Assembly (NCBI GenBank): GCA_015680685.1
Contig: MNCI01001142.1
Coordinates: 7,588 to 71,587 of the forward strand
From: Gnetum montanum
Taxonomy: Eukaryota; Plantae; Gnetophyta
Reading direction: 5' to 3'
DNA length: 64,000 bases
Made by a program: the position numbers and the translations under genes
The notes under the pieces: generated by a model
The model's database searches: none
What the model was told of the DNA's origin: nothing
What the model saw: only the letters and a program-made list of their open reading frames with translations
Part shown: piece after piece, positions 12,909 through 24,849 of the stretch
Layout of the letters: every line of letters starts with the position of its first letter
Position numbering within the stretch: the stretch's first letter is position 1

Positions 12909-15176
12909 TACCCCCATGACTGAATGAAAACTCATCCTCGAGTTCCTTACAAAATATTGGGAAGGTATGGGATTATTGACTTGAATGATAATAATGGTGA
13001 ATGGGGTGACATGTGAATGGATCATCATTACAACACATGACAAAATTAGTGTTCATGACAACAAGAGTGAACATTTTACACATTTGACATCCAAGCTCAT
13101 TTGGCAGCTAAGAGAGAAGGGAGAAGAGAGAGAGAAAAGAAGAAGTTTGTTGCTGCCGATACCAAGATTGCACTTCTCGTTGTCCATTCATAAGCACATC
13201 ATTAGTCTCGCTCCTTGCATAACTGCTCCAGCACCAGTCCATTCCAAGTGTTTCCTCTAGATCCAATCCATTGGTGTATGATTACCATCTGCATACACAA
13301 CACAGTCTTATATTAGCAAGGGTAAATGAATCACAGTGCAATTGATATCTTTCCTTAATGTAAGGTCCATTGGCTGAGTTGTGATATGGCTAATGCAAAT
13401 CTGGAGATATAATACAGGTGACTACCCGAGGTGTAGGGGTTAAGAGCAAATCGAAAAATTTGGACCAGGACCCCCATGACTAAGAGTGAACCTCTGATAG
13501 TGATAAAATGGAAAAAGATAAGGAATAAGAAAGATGGAGAAAAAGAAACAAAATGGATGTCAGGAATGGAAATGAAAAAAATAAAGGTTGATTACTAAAA
13601 TGTTTAAGGGAAAAAATTAACTAATGGACCAAATAGGAATGCCAATGGGTCCTCCCCAAAGTAGGCTCACACCCTTAATGCCCTAACAATCCCACATTCA
13701 AAGAGTCCATAGGCTCTATAAATATCATTTGGGAATAAGAGTTAAAGTCTTAACCACAAGAATTTACCAAAAAGAAAATAGTGTATCAACCAAAATATGG
13801 ACTATTGATACAATTGGCAATGAGGTGTAAAATGGAGAAAGAATGATGGAAAGAAGAGAATGGAATGGAGTCTCAAGAACAAGGTGGTGTACATCCCCTT
13901 GTGTATTAATGGTTAATGTGACTTAGTAGGTCTCATTCCAAATCCAACCTCAAACCAACCACATTCGGCCAATCCATCCACCTGAAGTAGCAAGAATGCT
14001 TCCGCCAAAGAGTCACCACCATTCTGACGAAATGAAAGAGGAGAAAGTAAGAAGCAAGGAAGGGCTTTAGTTAGAGGGAAAATTTTTATTTAGTTCCATA
14101 ACCAGTGCGTGTAGCCCAGATGATTATTTCATCTAAGGGGTGTGCTTTGAATTCTCACTATTTCTCTCTTTTCTTCTTTTTTCTCATTTTTTTCTCTTCT
14201 TTTTTTTCTTTTTTTTTTACGTTTTGCATGAGAACTACACCATGAAAAGACTTATTATTTTTATTAGCTCAGCTTCCTGATATTTTTGAGCAGCGTCAGA
14301 ATGTTAAGGAAAACTCAAGAAGAAAATATCCAAGCACTCAAGAGAATGGCCAGCACAATCAAATCCCCTTGAAGTCACATCCTTTTCAATCCTTGAGTCC
14401 TTCCTTAGTTTTGAGAAATTCTCAATCACCAATTCGTTGTTAGCTCTTATTATTTAAGGAAAGGGACTATACATTTCCAATTCAATAGAGACCATAGAAA
14501 TTCATGGATGTATGGATGGCATGAACTCATTGCCTATTATATCAAAAGAACCATACCTTAGTATCAACATTATAACTCAAAGGTAAAAATCAAACATTAT
14601 CAATCAATGGATTACAATTCATACCATCTTCAACAGCACTTATTAGGTGAAAAACTTAATGAAATAAATAAACACACTAATAAACGAAAAAGTATGAATG
14701 ATGTTGTAAAACAAAAATGAGAAAAGTTAAAGAAATTTGTAAAAAAAAAATGTGTAAAAACAAAAAATTAAAAAGGAACTGAGGACCTCAAATGATCAAC
14801 ATAGGTGGCCATCTCCCCCATGACTAAGTTGAAAGGGGAAAATCTGAAATAATGAGTGAGGTCATCCTATCTCCAATGTGTTATGTGCATTGACCGTTCT
14901 AGATTCATGGTAAGGTTTGGTCTATTGCACATTGGCAAATAATCTCTTATCAGAGCATTTGCTTGAATCTTTCAAGAGTTTCCAACTTCCCCCAGTTGAT
15001 GTTTTCATGTTAAGGGTTGGAAGTTGGCGACACTCTTGCTCCAGTGCATCTATGCTTTCAACATGGGTGCAAGTTGGTCCCCCAGTTAGTTCCACGCACG
15101 TTGATGAGTTGCTCTCTTGATTAGCTGTCAACCACTGGGTGTCTTCTTCTTGTGTGGTTGCTACATACAGGAATTT

Positions 15177-15725
15177 TTATATGTTAATTTCGTGGGCACA
15201 CCGATTGCATGCAGGCAATGTTGAACATTCCTGTATGTAATCACCCCCTATATTACTATATGTGATGCATGGAATTTTCTTCTTCTCAATCTTTCCAAAA
15301 GTGTTTTCCTTAGATATTTTTAGGAAAAGATCACAGATTCCTATGCATGCATTTATGGTACTTAGCCATGCCCTCCCCATGATTATTGGAAAGTCCCCTT
15401 TGTCATTGTTTACTTGTATCACTAGGAAATCAGCTAGGTATGACCAAACATACACAGTGGTGATGATGTCCTCCACCAGTCCCAAGGGAACAATGATGGA
15501 CTGGTCAACCAGCACTAAGATAATATTACTCTTCTTTAGTGGAGGCAGGTTCCATGCTTTATACATCTCTTGTGATATTAAGTTGACTCCGGAACCTGAG
15601 TCCAGAAGAGCTTTACATGGTTCATTCCCAATGACTTGGAGATAAATTAAAGGACTTCCAGGATTAGAGAATTTCTTAGGAAGGTGGCCCTTCTTAATCC
15701 AGTCAGTCACGATATGTGTTAACAT
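15177..15725 (-). pseudogene. E1 retrotransposon aspartic protease region
   Basis: ORF with PGSP..CKALLDSGSGVNLI..ADFLVI..PIIMGRAWL, the typical gypsy protease motifs. Confidence 0.9.
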
Positions 15726-15743
15726 AACCGTGTGCGTTGAGTT

Positions 15744-18200
15744 CTATTTTTGGTTTGAAGGGAGCTTCGAAGCCTTATTTGATGGAGAAGCATTCAGAGG
15801 TTCAACCGCTTGTGGTTGTGAGAACTTGGTTGAGCTATTGGTTCTGAAGAAACTTCTTCTCTTTGTACGGTTGTTAGAACCAGTAGCGGGTTGAAGGTTT
15901 ACAGCTCTTGTAGCATTGCATTGTTGTAGTTGAGTGGGGAGATCCCCTTGCATTGCTGGAGCGGGTGGTAATGGAGCTATCAGTGTGAGAGTTGCGGATG
16001 GATTCAGAGGATGGTATGTCTATGGGTTATCTCACCTAGGAGAAGGAGTCCTATAATACATCTGAGCTTGGTAGTGACATTGTGGTGTCATGTAACCAAT
16101 AGAGTCACTTGGAGAGATTGGATGTTGCACACAGTAGCCATATGAATCCAGTTATCAGTAAGGGTATTGTTGCCTTAGTTGTGGCATCCCCCATGACTAT
16201 GGGTATTACCACTGTTGGTGTTGCTCAATGGGTTGTGGTGGAGTTCCACTTGGATAATACATTAATGATTAGTGGAACTACCTCAAGTTACCTTGAGGAT
16301 AAGATAACCGTCAGGGTACTTGCTATTTGTTAAGTCGTGGATTAAGTGCATACATCCCAAACTCTTGCAGGTGTCAGATTATTGGGTAACATCCCTTAGG
16401 ATGGTCATACTGGCATATCTCACATCCACCGTCATTGTCCATATCGAAATCCACAACCTCTTTGGTGATGGCCATTTTACCCTTACCTTTGTTACATGCA
16501 TGGTCCAAATCCCTCTTTTTCTTTTTGTCATAGTCACTACTTCACTCCTTAGACTCCTCTACGATTTTGAGAACGGTTTCAAATCTACTATCTAAGGAGT
16601 CCCACATTTGGTCTACCTTTGCCGAAACTTCTTTTGTTAATTTTTGGAGCATCAGGGTTTTCCTATGCACCATCTCTTCAAGTGGTGACTCTTCCTCCTC
16701 CTCACAGAATCTTACTCCCCTTTTTTGGAGGGAAGGATCATAGTTGTACTCTTCCACACTTTCTCTCTTACATAGCTCTCCTTCTTCCTTAGCTACTTGC
16801 TCCAACAATCTATGGACCTAATGGGACCTAAACTCTGATAATCTCCCTTGGGCATACGTTCCAAGGGTTCTCTTGGTTTCATACCTAAGTCTATCTACGA
16901 GATGGCATAGTTGATCCTACTGCGAGTAACCATGGCTCGGGCAATGATGTAACAATGCATAGTATCGGCCCATGGTAGCATCCAAGGGTTCATGAGTTCC
17001 TTGCTTCCATCCTTGGATTTTCTTTCACAGGTTGGACACCCGGGAGTACATTTGATACTTATCATTAAACAGTTCTAGCATCATACTCCATCTTCAAATG
17101 GATTCTGGTTCTAAGGACCAGTACCAGCTTTCCGCTTCTTTTACTAGTGTCCTTGGAAAAAACTTTAGTTTTTGCCACTCATTTTCTATGTTCTGCAAGG
17201 CACATGCATCATGGAATTCTTGTAAGTGGTTTTGAGGATCAACGTTGTATCCCCTCTCAAATCGTGGAATATTATTCATGTCTAACCTCTTGATCCTACT
17301 ATCTTTTTGGTGCCTTGTGGGAATTCTTATGGCCTCCGTGATGTCTAACACGCTTCAGGTTGCAAGTAGGGGTTCTTCATGGTCATTTCGTTCATAGCAT
17401 CTGTGATGTCTATGCAGTTCCCTACTCTCCCTTCTTCCATGTCATGATTCTCTAGAATGCCCTCGTCCTCATTCCAAACTCTCTCATTGAGGTTTCTCAC
17501 TTTGCTTACCCTTATCCTCACAGTTAGGCTTCTTATGACTGCATTCTGATACTGAAGGAGAGGGTTAATGTGACGATCAAGGTGAAGAAGAAGGAGGACC
17601 ATCGCCATGACGATGTTCCCTACCTTCTCTTTAGTGGTCCTGGTCCTGATCGTGATGACAATTAGAATGCCTGCCCTTATCATGTGTTTGTGTTCCCTCG
17701 TTAAACACTTGGTGTTTATGGGGATCAAAACCAGGGTTGTGAATCGTGGAGTGTAGGTTCTGATACACCACCTCCTGACCATCGTTAGGAGGGGAAACAT
17801 CGTTTTGTGAAGAACCTATTCAAATAGGTTCACCACCCTCAATTTCTCTTAAGATGAGTGGAGTGTTGTGGGTTCCTTTTCCCTTCAACAATGTATAGTA
17901 TCTCTCCTGTTGCAAGTCCCTTTGATGTTGCGCTTCTGTGGGATGGTAGTCCCTTGCGTTGTGCTTGCATGCAATGTATTCTACATATAACTGTAACATG
18001 CCTATTCGTGCGAGAGCATGAAGGAGCATGTTGGGGACTACCCAGTATGGAGGCAACACTATGTTACCCTCCAATTCTCTCCAATGCAATTTTTCATCTT
18101 GATGGAGAATAAAGGTAAAGTTAGGTATATACTCATCGTGATGAACATATACCACACGGAATTATTGAGGAACTGGCAGATTTTGGTTATGTGTGTTGCG
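15744..18200 (-). pseudogene. E1 degenerate gag
   Basis: Fragments IPRFERGYNVDPQNHLQEFHDAC..KLKFFPRTLVKEAESWYWSLEPESI (retrotransposon gag domain), broken by stops. Confidence 0.85.
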
Positions 18201-18389
18201 CCACCGACTGTCCCTTGTGTTGGTCCTAGGCAGTGAAATTCTTTTGTATCAAGAAGAAGACATTTTTGTCTTGTTTAGTGTGCTATTTACCGTTATCTTA
18301 TTTTTCTTTTGATCAACCCTAAGGGTTTGTTCTAGCTTCCCAACGATATGGATGATCTCCTATGTTCTACGTAGCACACAAACAACTAA

Positions 18390-18408
18390 GTCCCCGGCAA
18401 CGGTGCCA
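18390..18408 (-). promoter_or_regulatory. E1 primer-binding site (tRNA-Asp type)
   Basis: Minus strand TGGCACCGTTGCCGGGGAC, 1 nt after the LTR end CATCA. It is close to the Athila PBS TGGCGCCGTTGCCGGGGA. Confidence 0.9.
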
Positions 18409-19502
18409 ATGATGAGTGGCGAGGTACCTCTACACTCAACCATACGAATACAAGCATCTCACGTGCGATCCGGTTAGACTCCAAGGACTAAGTGCTTACG
18501 GCCTTAATGAAATACTTAAGGTTAATCAATGGAACATAACATTATGGACTCTTCTTTATTTTTATAAAGGACAAATCTTATGTTCTTTAGGATAGTTATT
18601 AATATTGAAGATAAAAACCATCATTTATTTAAATATTTTATTAAGGACTATATATACAATAGCATATCATTTAAATGCTATATGAAGTATCACTATAAGA
18701 AGCCAAGCATGTACAGTTTGCTTTATTGCTTCTTCTCCACAATAGAAACTATGAAGATACCAAAGCCATTCTAAGAAGGTAACTACGACATAACCAAAAA
18801 ACATATAGTTTATGTTGAGTCAATAAAAGATATTCTTCTAGTTGAATCAATTTGAAAAGATGTTAAGTACAACTCTTACAAATCAAATTATTTTTAGAAT
18901 GAAGGATGAGGCTATTTCCAAGAGCGTATTTTACATAATATCATTGTTCTGCTACGGTAGTCTGTTAAAGGCTTTATGTTCATACACTAACATAGGTATC
19001 ATCTCTATTCACGATGAAGATCTTCACTATTTTCTATGAACTAAAATAGAAAAAATGTTGAATACAACAAATGAGAACACTTACAATATAAAATTGCTCC
19101 AAAAATAGTATAGATATATTTTGGATATTAAAATGCTTATAAGGATATCCTAATATGTTTGAAGGATAGGTCTACTGATATAGTTAGCAAGACTATCTAC
19201 ATATTTTATTGTAATGTTTTTATTAATATTTTCTAATAGAATTATTTTATTACTACTAACCTTACAAGAATAACCAAGATACTTAAGTTTTGAATAATGA
19301 TGATGACCAAAATCAAGAGGAAGGACCAATAGAAGATAAGATTTAAAAACATGTTAAATTCAAAATTCATTTCTTTGAATTATTCTTCTACATTTTTTAG
19401 TAATAGTTATTAATATATCTATTCCCATTGGAAATGTATGATTCTAGGAATAAACAAAATGAATTAGAAAAATCTAATAAGGATGTCAATATTCTTGATA
19501 GT

Positions 19503-20382
19503 TGATGAGTGGTGGATAGTCCCTATGCCCAATCATACGAATCATAAGCAATCCAATCAAATTCTATAGACTTAGTAATCTAAATTGTCAATATTCATAA
19601 ATAATGAGTTGTATGATTATAAGTCATTGTCTTCTCAATTCACACTAGTGTTTAATTGTGTGTATGGTTAAGTTTGACTGAGATATAAGATGTTTATTTT
19701 TATATTTATATTATTATATTTTTCTCCTAGCTACTTGATAATGAAATGAAGATTTAATTATTAACCTAATTAACTAATGTCCTAATTAACAATCCTAACA
19801 TAGAGGATCCATTCTTACTTTCCATACACATCCTAAACTTATATTAACACCACTAGATTACCAATGTATACTACTAATTGTACTAAGTATCCACTACTGG
19901 AATTACCAAGCATTAATACATTATGCTCAAAGTGGTCATGCTCACGTGCTTATGGTTAACTACATTAATTACTTAAGAACATAAATATAAATTGCATGTA
20001 AATTAAAGTACTAAAAAGTAAGATTAAACTAGTTCAAGTGTTGCAATAAATTTATGAAATCTCACTTTTCTTTTCATTCATGCCAATGTGTCCAAGTACA
20101 TGAACACTCAAATAAAATTCCATATAATCTCATAAATCTATGCTATGAGCACTAGGAGAAAAAGTATTCTAACTATCAAAGGAATAAAATGCAAGAGTTT
20201 AGCTCAAACTAAGATTAAAATATACCATAAATGCGAAGGATATATGTATTTATATAGGCAATGACTATGTCAACATCAACATACTTGTGTCAATGCATTA
20301 TAGCATGCATCAACAAGGATATGTTAATAGTGCTGAGGCAATGGGTATGCATCAATGCAAGCTATATTATTACTATTCATCA
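19503..20382 (-). repeat. E2 3' LTR
   Basis: Colinear with 37267-38124 and adjacent to the PPT-like tacctccataact. Confidence 0.93.
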
Positions 20383-20619
20383 TACCTCCATAACTAACTA
20401 AAAACTCATCCTTGAGCAAATAAACTTGGGATCGATTTTCTTATAAAATTTGAAGAAGTATGAAATTTATTGACAAACAAACTAACTGAATAACTTTAAC
20501 TAACTTTGATTGTTAGATTGTATCATTTTTAAAAAAATGAATGCCCTTTACAACAAAATTAGACATTTAGATAAAACTATAGTAGGTTCCTATTGAATAA
20601 TCAAAGATAGAATGAATTC

Positions 20620-23441
20620 TCAAACTATGCTTAGAGGTGGAGGCTCCATTAGTTTAGATGGTTCTTCATCTCATCTCCGTTTTATTGTGGGTTTAGGTTA
20701 TCTTACTACTTCCACCAAAAGTTTGAAAGCATCTAGAAGTAATTTTATTTTCTCCTCTTTGCCCCATGGATCATACATGATCTAGGCTACTTCACCTATA
20801 TGGGCCAATGCAGGAATGTTCCACGAGCATAGCATTGAAGGAAACATTTCCTTCACATTAATGAACCAAGCTGCAAATGTTTTACATTCAATGTCGAATA
20901 TCTTCATAAGATTCTATAGCTCCTGGTAGTCATTCATCCTTCTTTTCAAGTTCTTAGTAATATATTGTTGATCAATGAATTTGCTTTGAAGGAATTTAAG
21001 CTCCACATTGACTATCTCCAAGTTTTGTTTAGTCTCTTTGTAGAGATTGAATTTCATCTCATAGAGGAGGTAGGAACTGGCAACCTATTTTTCAACCTCT
21101 GATCTTAGCATTCCTGCTATCAACATTACCAAGTTTGCATAATTAAGATTAGCAAGCTCTATACAGTTTGTCATGTCTTGATTTGCAACTCCTTTAGGAA
21201 AATTTCTATTTTGTTATAAAAAAATAAAAATGGGCTATCATACATCACCTCTCTATAGAGTTACTAGAGGATCTCATTCATCTTTTCCTTCAAAAATTTT
21301 ATCTCATTTTCATTGACCTTCTTAAGTAGTCCAACCTAGTCCCTATAGTGATTCTTTACTCATTCAAATTTTAGAAACTTATTCTTTCAAGTGGCTACCT
21401 CAATTGTAGCCCTCTAGTGAAGAGCACCAACTTCCTTTATCAAAAGATTATATATTTTTTTCTAATCTCCTTAAATCCAAGTTCATCTTGGCAAGCTACT
21501 CCTACTACTAGTATATAAGGTCAACCAATTAGTCCTTAAGCTGCTTAGCATAATGTAGGTGGTAATTATCCTTGATGAGGATCAATTCTACTTGCAAATC
21601 TATGATAGGTCCTTATTAGTGTTGTTGGCCATGGCCTCTAACATGGATGCATCAAAGATCATCATCTCCTTCACATTCTCAAGTGCATAAAGCTTTTGTT
21701 GAAGCTGTTAGAAAGATTCATCTCATGTAAACTCTAGCCTAAGAATGGCAAGGTTAGATAGATGGAGACTTAACTGAGAAACTTTAGTAATCAACTGTTA
21801 ATTAGTTGTGGTAACCTCCTCAAGTTATTTATTAGCAATTAGCAATTTTCCCCTTGTCTCAAGTAGCCACAATTAGCTTGTAGTGATTTCATCTAGAAGA
21901 TCAAAAATTTATAAAAGTAGTTACCAAATTCTAACCAATCTTTCCAACACCTCCTCATGTTGAACAGTTCTCATTCAATCACTTCTTGCTCCTGCAAATG
22001 TATGAATGTCTATCATATCAATGATGTCTAGTATAAACATCGTAGGATCATTGAGAACCACTACTACCCTATTAGCCACCACCTTGGCTACTATCTCCTA
22101 ACCCTTATCTTGCATTACAAGCATCATCATCTCCTTAACTTCTTCCAACATGACAAAGAAGGCCACAACATTTCCTAAAATTTTAAGGAATTTTTACCTA
22201 GGAATGGATACTATGACCTCCCTCGTACTTTGATTAGTCCTGGTGGATGCTTGGTTTCTTTGTACGGAGAATAGAAAGGACATTTTACTATCTAGCTAAC
22301 TAATGATTATTATAACCTCATTGAGATGGATCATGGCTAGGCAATAAATAGATGACTTCCCACCACCTACAAAGCCATACTATTTCTACAAATACTACTC
22401 TAGAAGTTTCCTAAGTCTTTTTTTAGCTACAAGAATCTCTAGTATAGCTTCAAAGACTGAAGGTGGTGATGGTGGCTAATCCTCTTCTTGTAACTTAGTC
22501 ATTATCTTATCCTTTCTCATTTCTTCTCAATATGTAGTAGTAGCATGAAAAACTACATCATTTGAATAGTGATATCTTCCTCTACTTTTGCATAAGTTGT
22601 AGATGTGATAGGGAAAATGGAGTGTCTTCCTACTATTCTCATTTTCTTTGATGCATTTTTCAATCTCTAGGAAAATGAGTTGGGGTAGGGAAATTCTTGC
22701 TCAGAGAAGTGCATGCCTAGGTAGAAAAACATATCACCTTATCAGGCTTTAACATTGGGTTTAGGTGATAGGTTGTAATCTTAAAGTATGCTCTTTCTAC
22801 CTTTGTGAGAACACCGCACTCTTAGTGGTCCACCACATAGCATCATTGAACCTACTCTTTCTTGGCTTCTGGGTCCACCTACATTGATATCTTATCCAAC
22901 TTTTACCTTGTGTTAGGTTAACCAAGGGCCTCCACTATGACCTCAATAAAGTAGAAGATGGTTATATTCTTGATCTTTATGAACACATCTCCTCATTAGT
23001 TGTTCTAGAATAAATAAGGCTCCCCCATGTACCATTCTCCAATGTTAGAGAGAATGGACCATAAGGGAGATCCCTACAATTGTATGTAGATCTCCTCTAA
23101 TGCTAGCTTCAAGAAGGATCCAAGGTTCAATTATTGAAGGATAGAAATTTCGATCACCTTAGTCCTAATGCACTCCAAATAGGCCTTTGTGAGGATGACC
23201 TCCATGTTAGGCCTTGGCCTAGGATCCTCATCCTACCTAGATTGGTCTATCTTTGCAATGGAAATATGTCAAACAGGTTTCACTTTAGGCTTCTTTCAAA
23301 GAGATCTCGTGGCATGAGTAGCCTCAGCTACTTGCTCTTGGGTCTGCTACAGTTTTTGTTCTTATTGGTCCCTTCCTCCTTGAGGTTGCTTAATCTTAGG
23401 CTACAAAGGCCCTCCCCGTTGTGGCCTCATTTTAGTGCCAT
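20620..23441 (-). pseudogene. E2 extra 3' ORF (Athila env-like position), heavily degenerate
   Basis: Starts ATG GCA CTA AAA at 23441 and is colinear and homologous with E4 54316-57166 (for example 20760-21150 versus 54460-54850). Confidence 0.8.
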
Positions 23442-24849
23442 TTATGATCACAAACATAACCCATGATTAGCTTTTTAGTTCATAACCTCTAGTTATTTAG
23501 ATACTCATTTTGTTGCATCAAGTTATGTTTAGTTACCAAGTGTTAAGAGTTAATCATGTGAATGCTTGTTTATAATATTAGCTAGATGTATTATTTTGAT
23601 ATTATTTTATTCTTTAGCTATCGTAGTTTTTTTGTTGGTCTTAATCCTTTATGGTAATTATAATAGTATTTTAATTGGTTGACCATGAGGAGTTAGAAAA
23701 ATTTTAAACAATTTTCTACAAAACAAAAACCAAGGGTTTGTATTCCTCATGACATAAAGCTTATCTCTAGTAGCTCGAGGATCGAAAAACAAGTGACAAT
23801 AAATAAGCAATATATAAGTTATAAGGCTTGGAAGGTTCTTGGATTTTGAAAAACTACAAAAACTTCTCTAGCTCTCTTTTCAAATGATAAAAAATAAGCC
23901 AAGTGTCACATGTAAATATAGGATTTTTATACTACATCGATAGACCTATGTCAACTCATCCCACTACATCGATAGACCTATGTCAACTCATCCCACTACA
24001 TCGACGAGGCTAAGTCAATGCAACTATTTGTAGCTATTTCTCATATTAAGAAAAAAAGGAATTCCAAATGTTTCCAAGCATGGGTAACATGTGTTTCTAG
24101 CCTCATAACTAGTGTGTCTAGCCCATTATTCAATCTAAGGGATGTGCTTTAAATTCTCATGGTATTTGCTATTTTTTTCACAGGAATCACACCATGCAAA
24201 GACATGCTTCCTTTTATGGTCAATAATAGGAGTGATGATATACCAAAGATTATTAGAGAACCTTAAGAACAATGTTGAGAGAAACTATATCAAATATGCC
24301 TGAGGTCATACCCTATTCCATTCCCACTTGGTCTTGTTCCAATTTTCTGGGTATCAAGATCATTAATTACTTTGTTAATTTCTAATGTGAAGGAACCTTA
24401 GGCTTTTCGGATACTGATTTCCCATGGAACAAATGGAATGGGTGGATGTCATGAACTCACTACCTAATACCATTAGAAAATTGATAGAGTGTTAGTAGAT
24501 TATATAATCCAAAGATAAAAATTCATTTTTTGTTTAATTAATCATAATAGTAATAGCTGTGATTAATACTTTTTTAGATTCACAATAGCAATAACCAAAT
24601 TTAATATTTCTAATAAACTAGATGAAATTGATACAATTTATAAAAGAAAAAAGAAAAAATAAATAGAATAACAAGAAAATATGTATGAAAATGATAAAAA
24701 AAATAAAGAACGATGTAAAAAAAGGTGAAAAACTAGTTAACCTCATCAAGGTATCAAGTTTGGATGACCATCTCCCCCACAACTATGTTGAGAGAAAGAG
24801 ATTTGAAAAATAGAGTGAGCCTATGTTGAGATGTTAGTGTGGTCGGTTA

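Larger units (their letters stand above)
12327..18530 (-). mobile_element. E1: non-autonomous Athila-like Ty3/gypsy LTR retrotransposon (gag and protease; RT/RNaseH and most of IN absent; 5' LTR truncated)
   Basis: LTR segment shared between 12327-12445 and 18410-18530. PBS at 18390-18408, PPT at 12909-12925, gag-like and ALLDSGS protease ORFs on the minus strand. Confidence 0.9.

Noticed and set aside
15262-18236. Plus-strand ORFs within E1 (and similar antisense ORFs in E2 and E4)
   Set aside because: They are antisense shadows of gag, pol or 3' ORF coding sequence.
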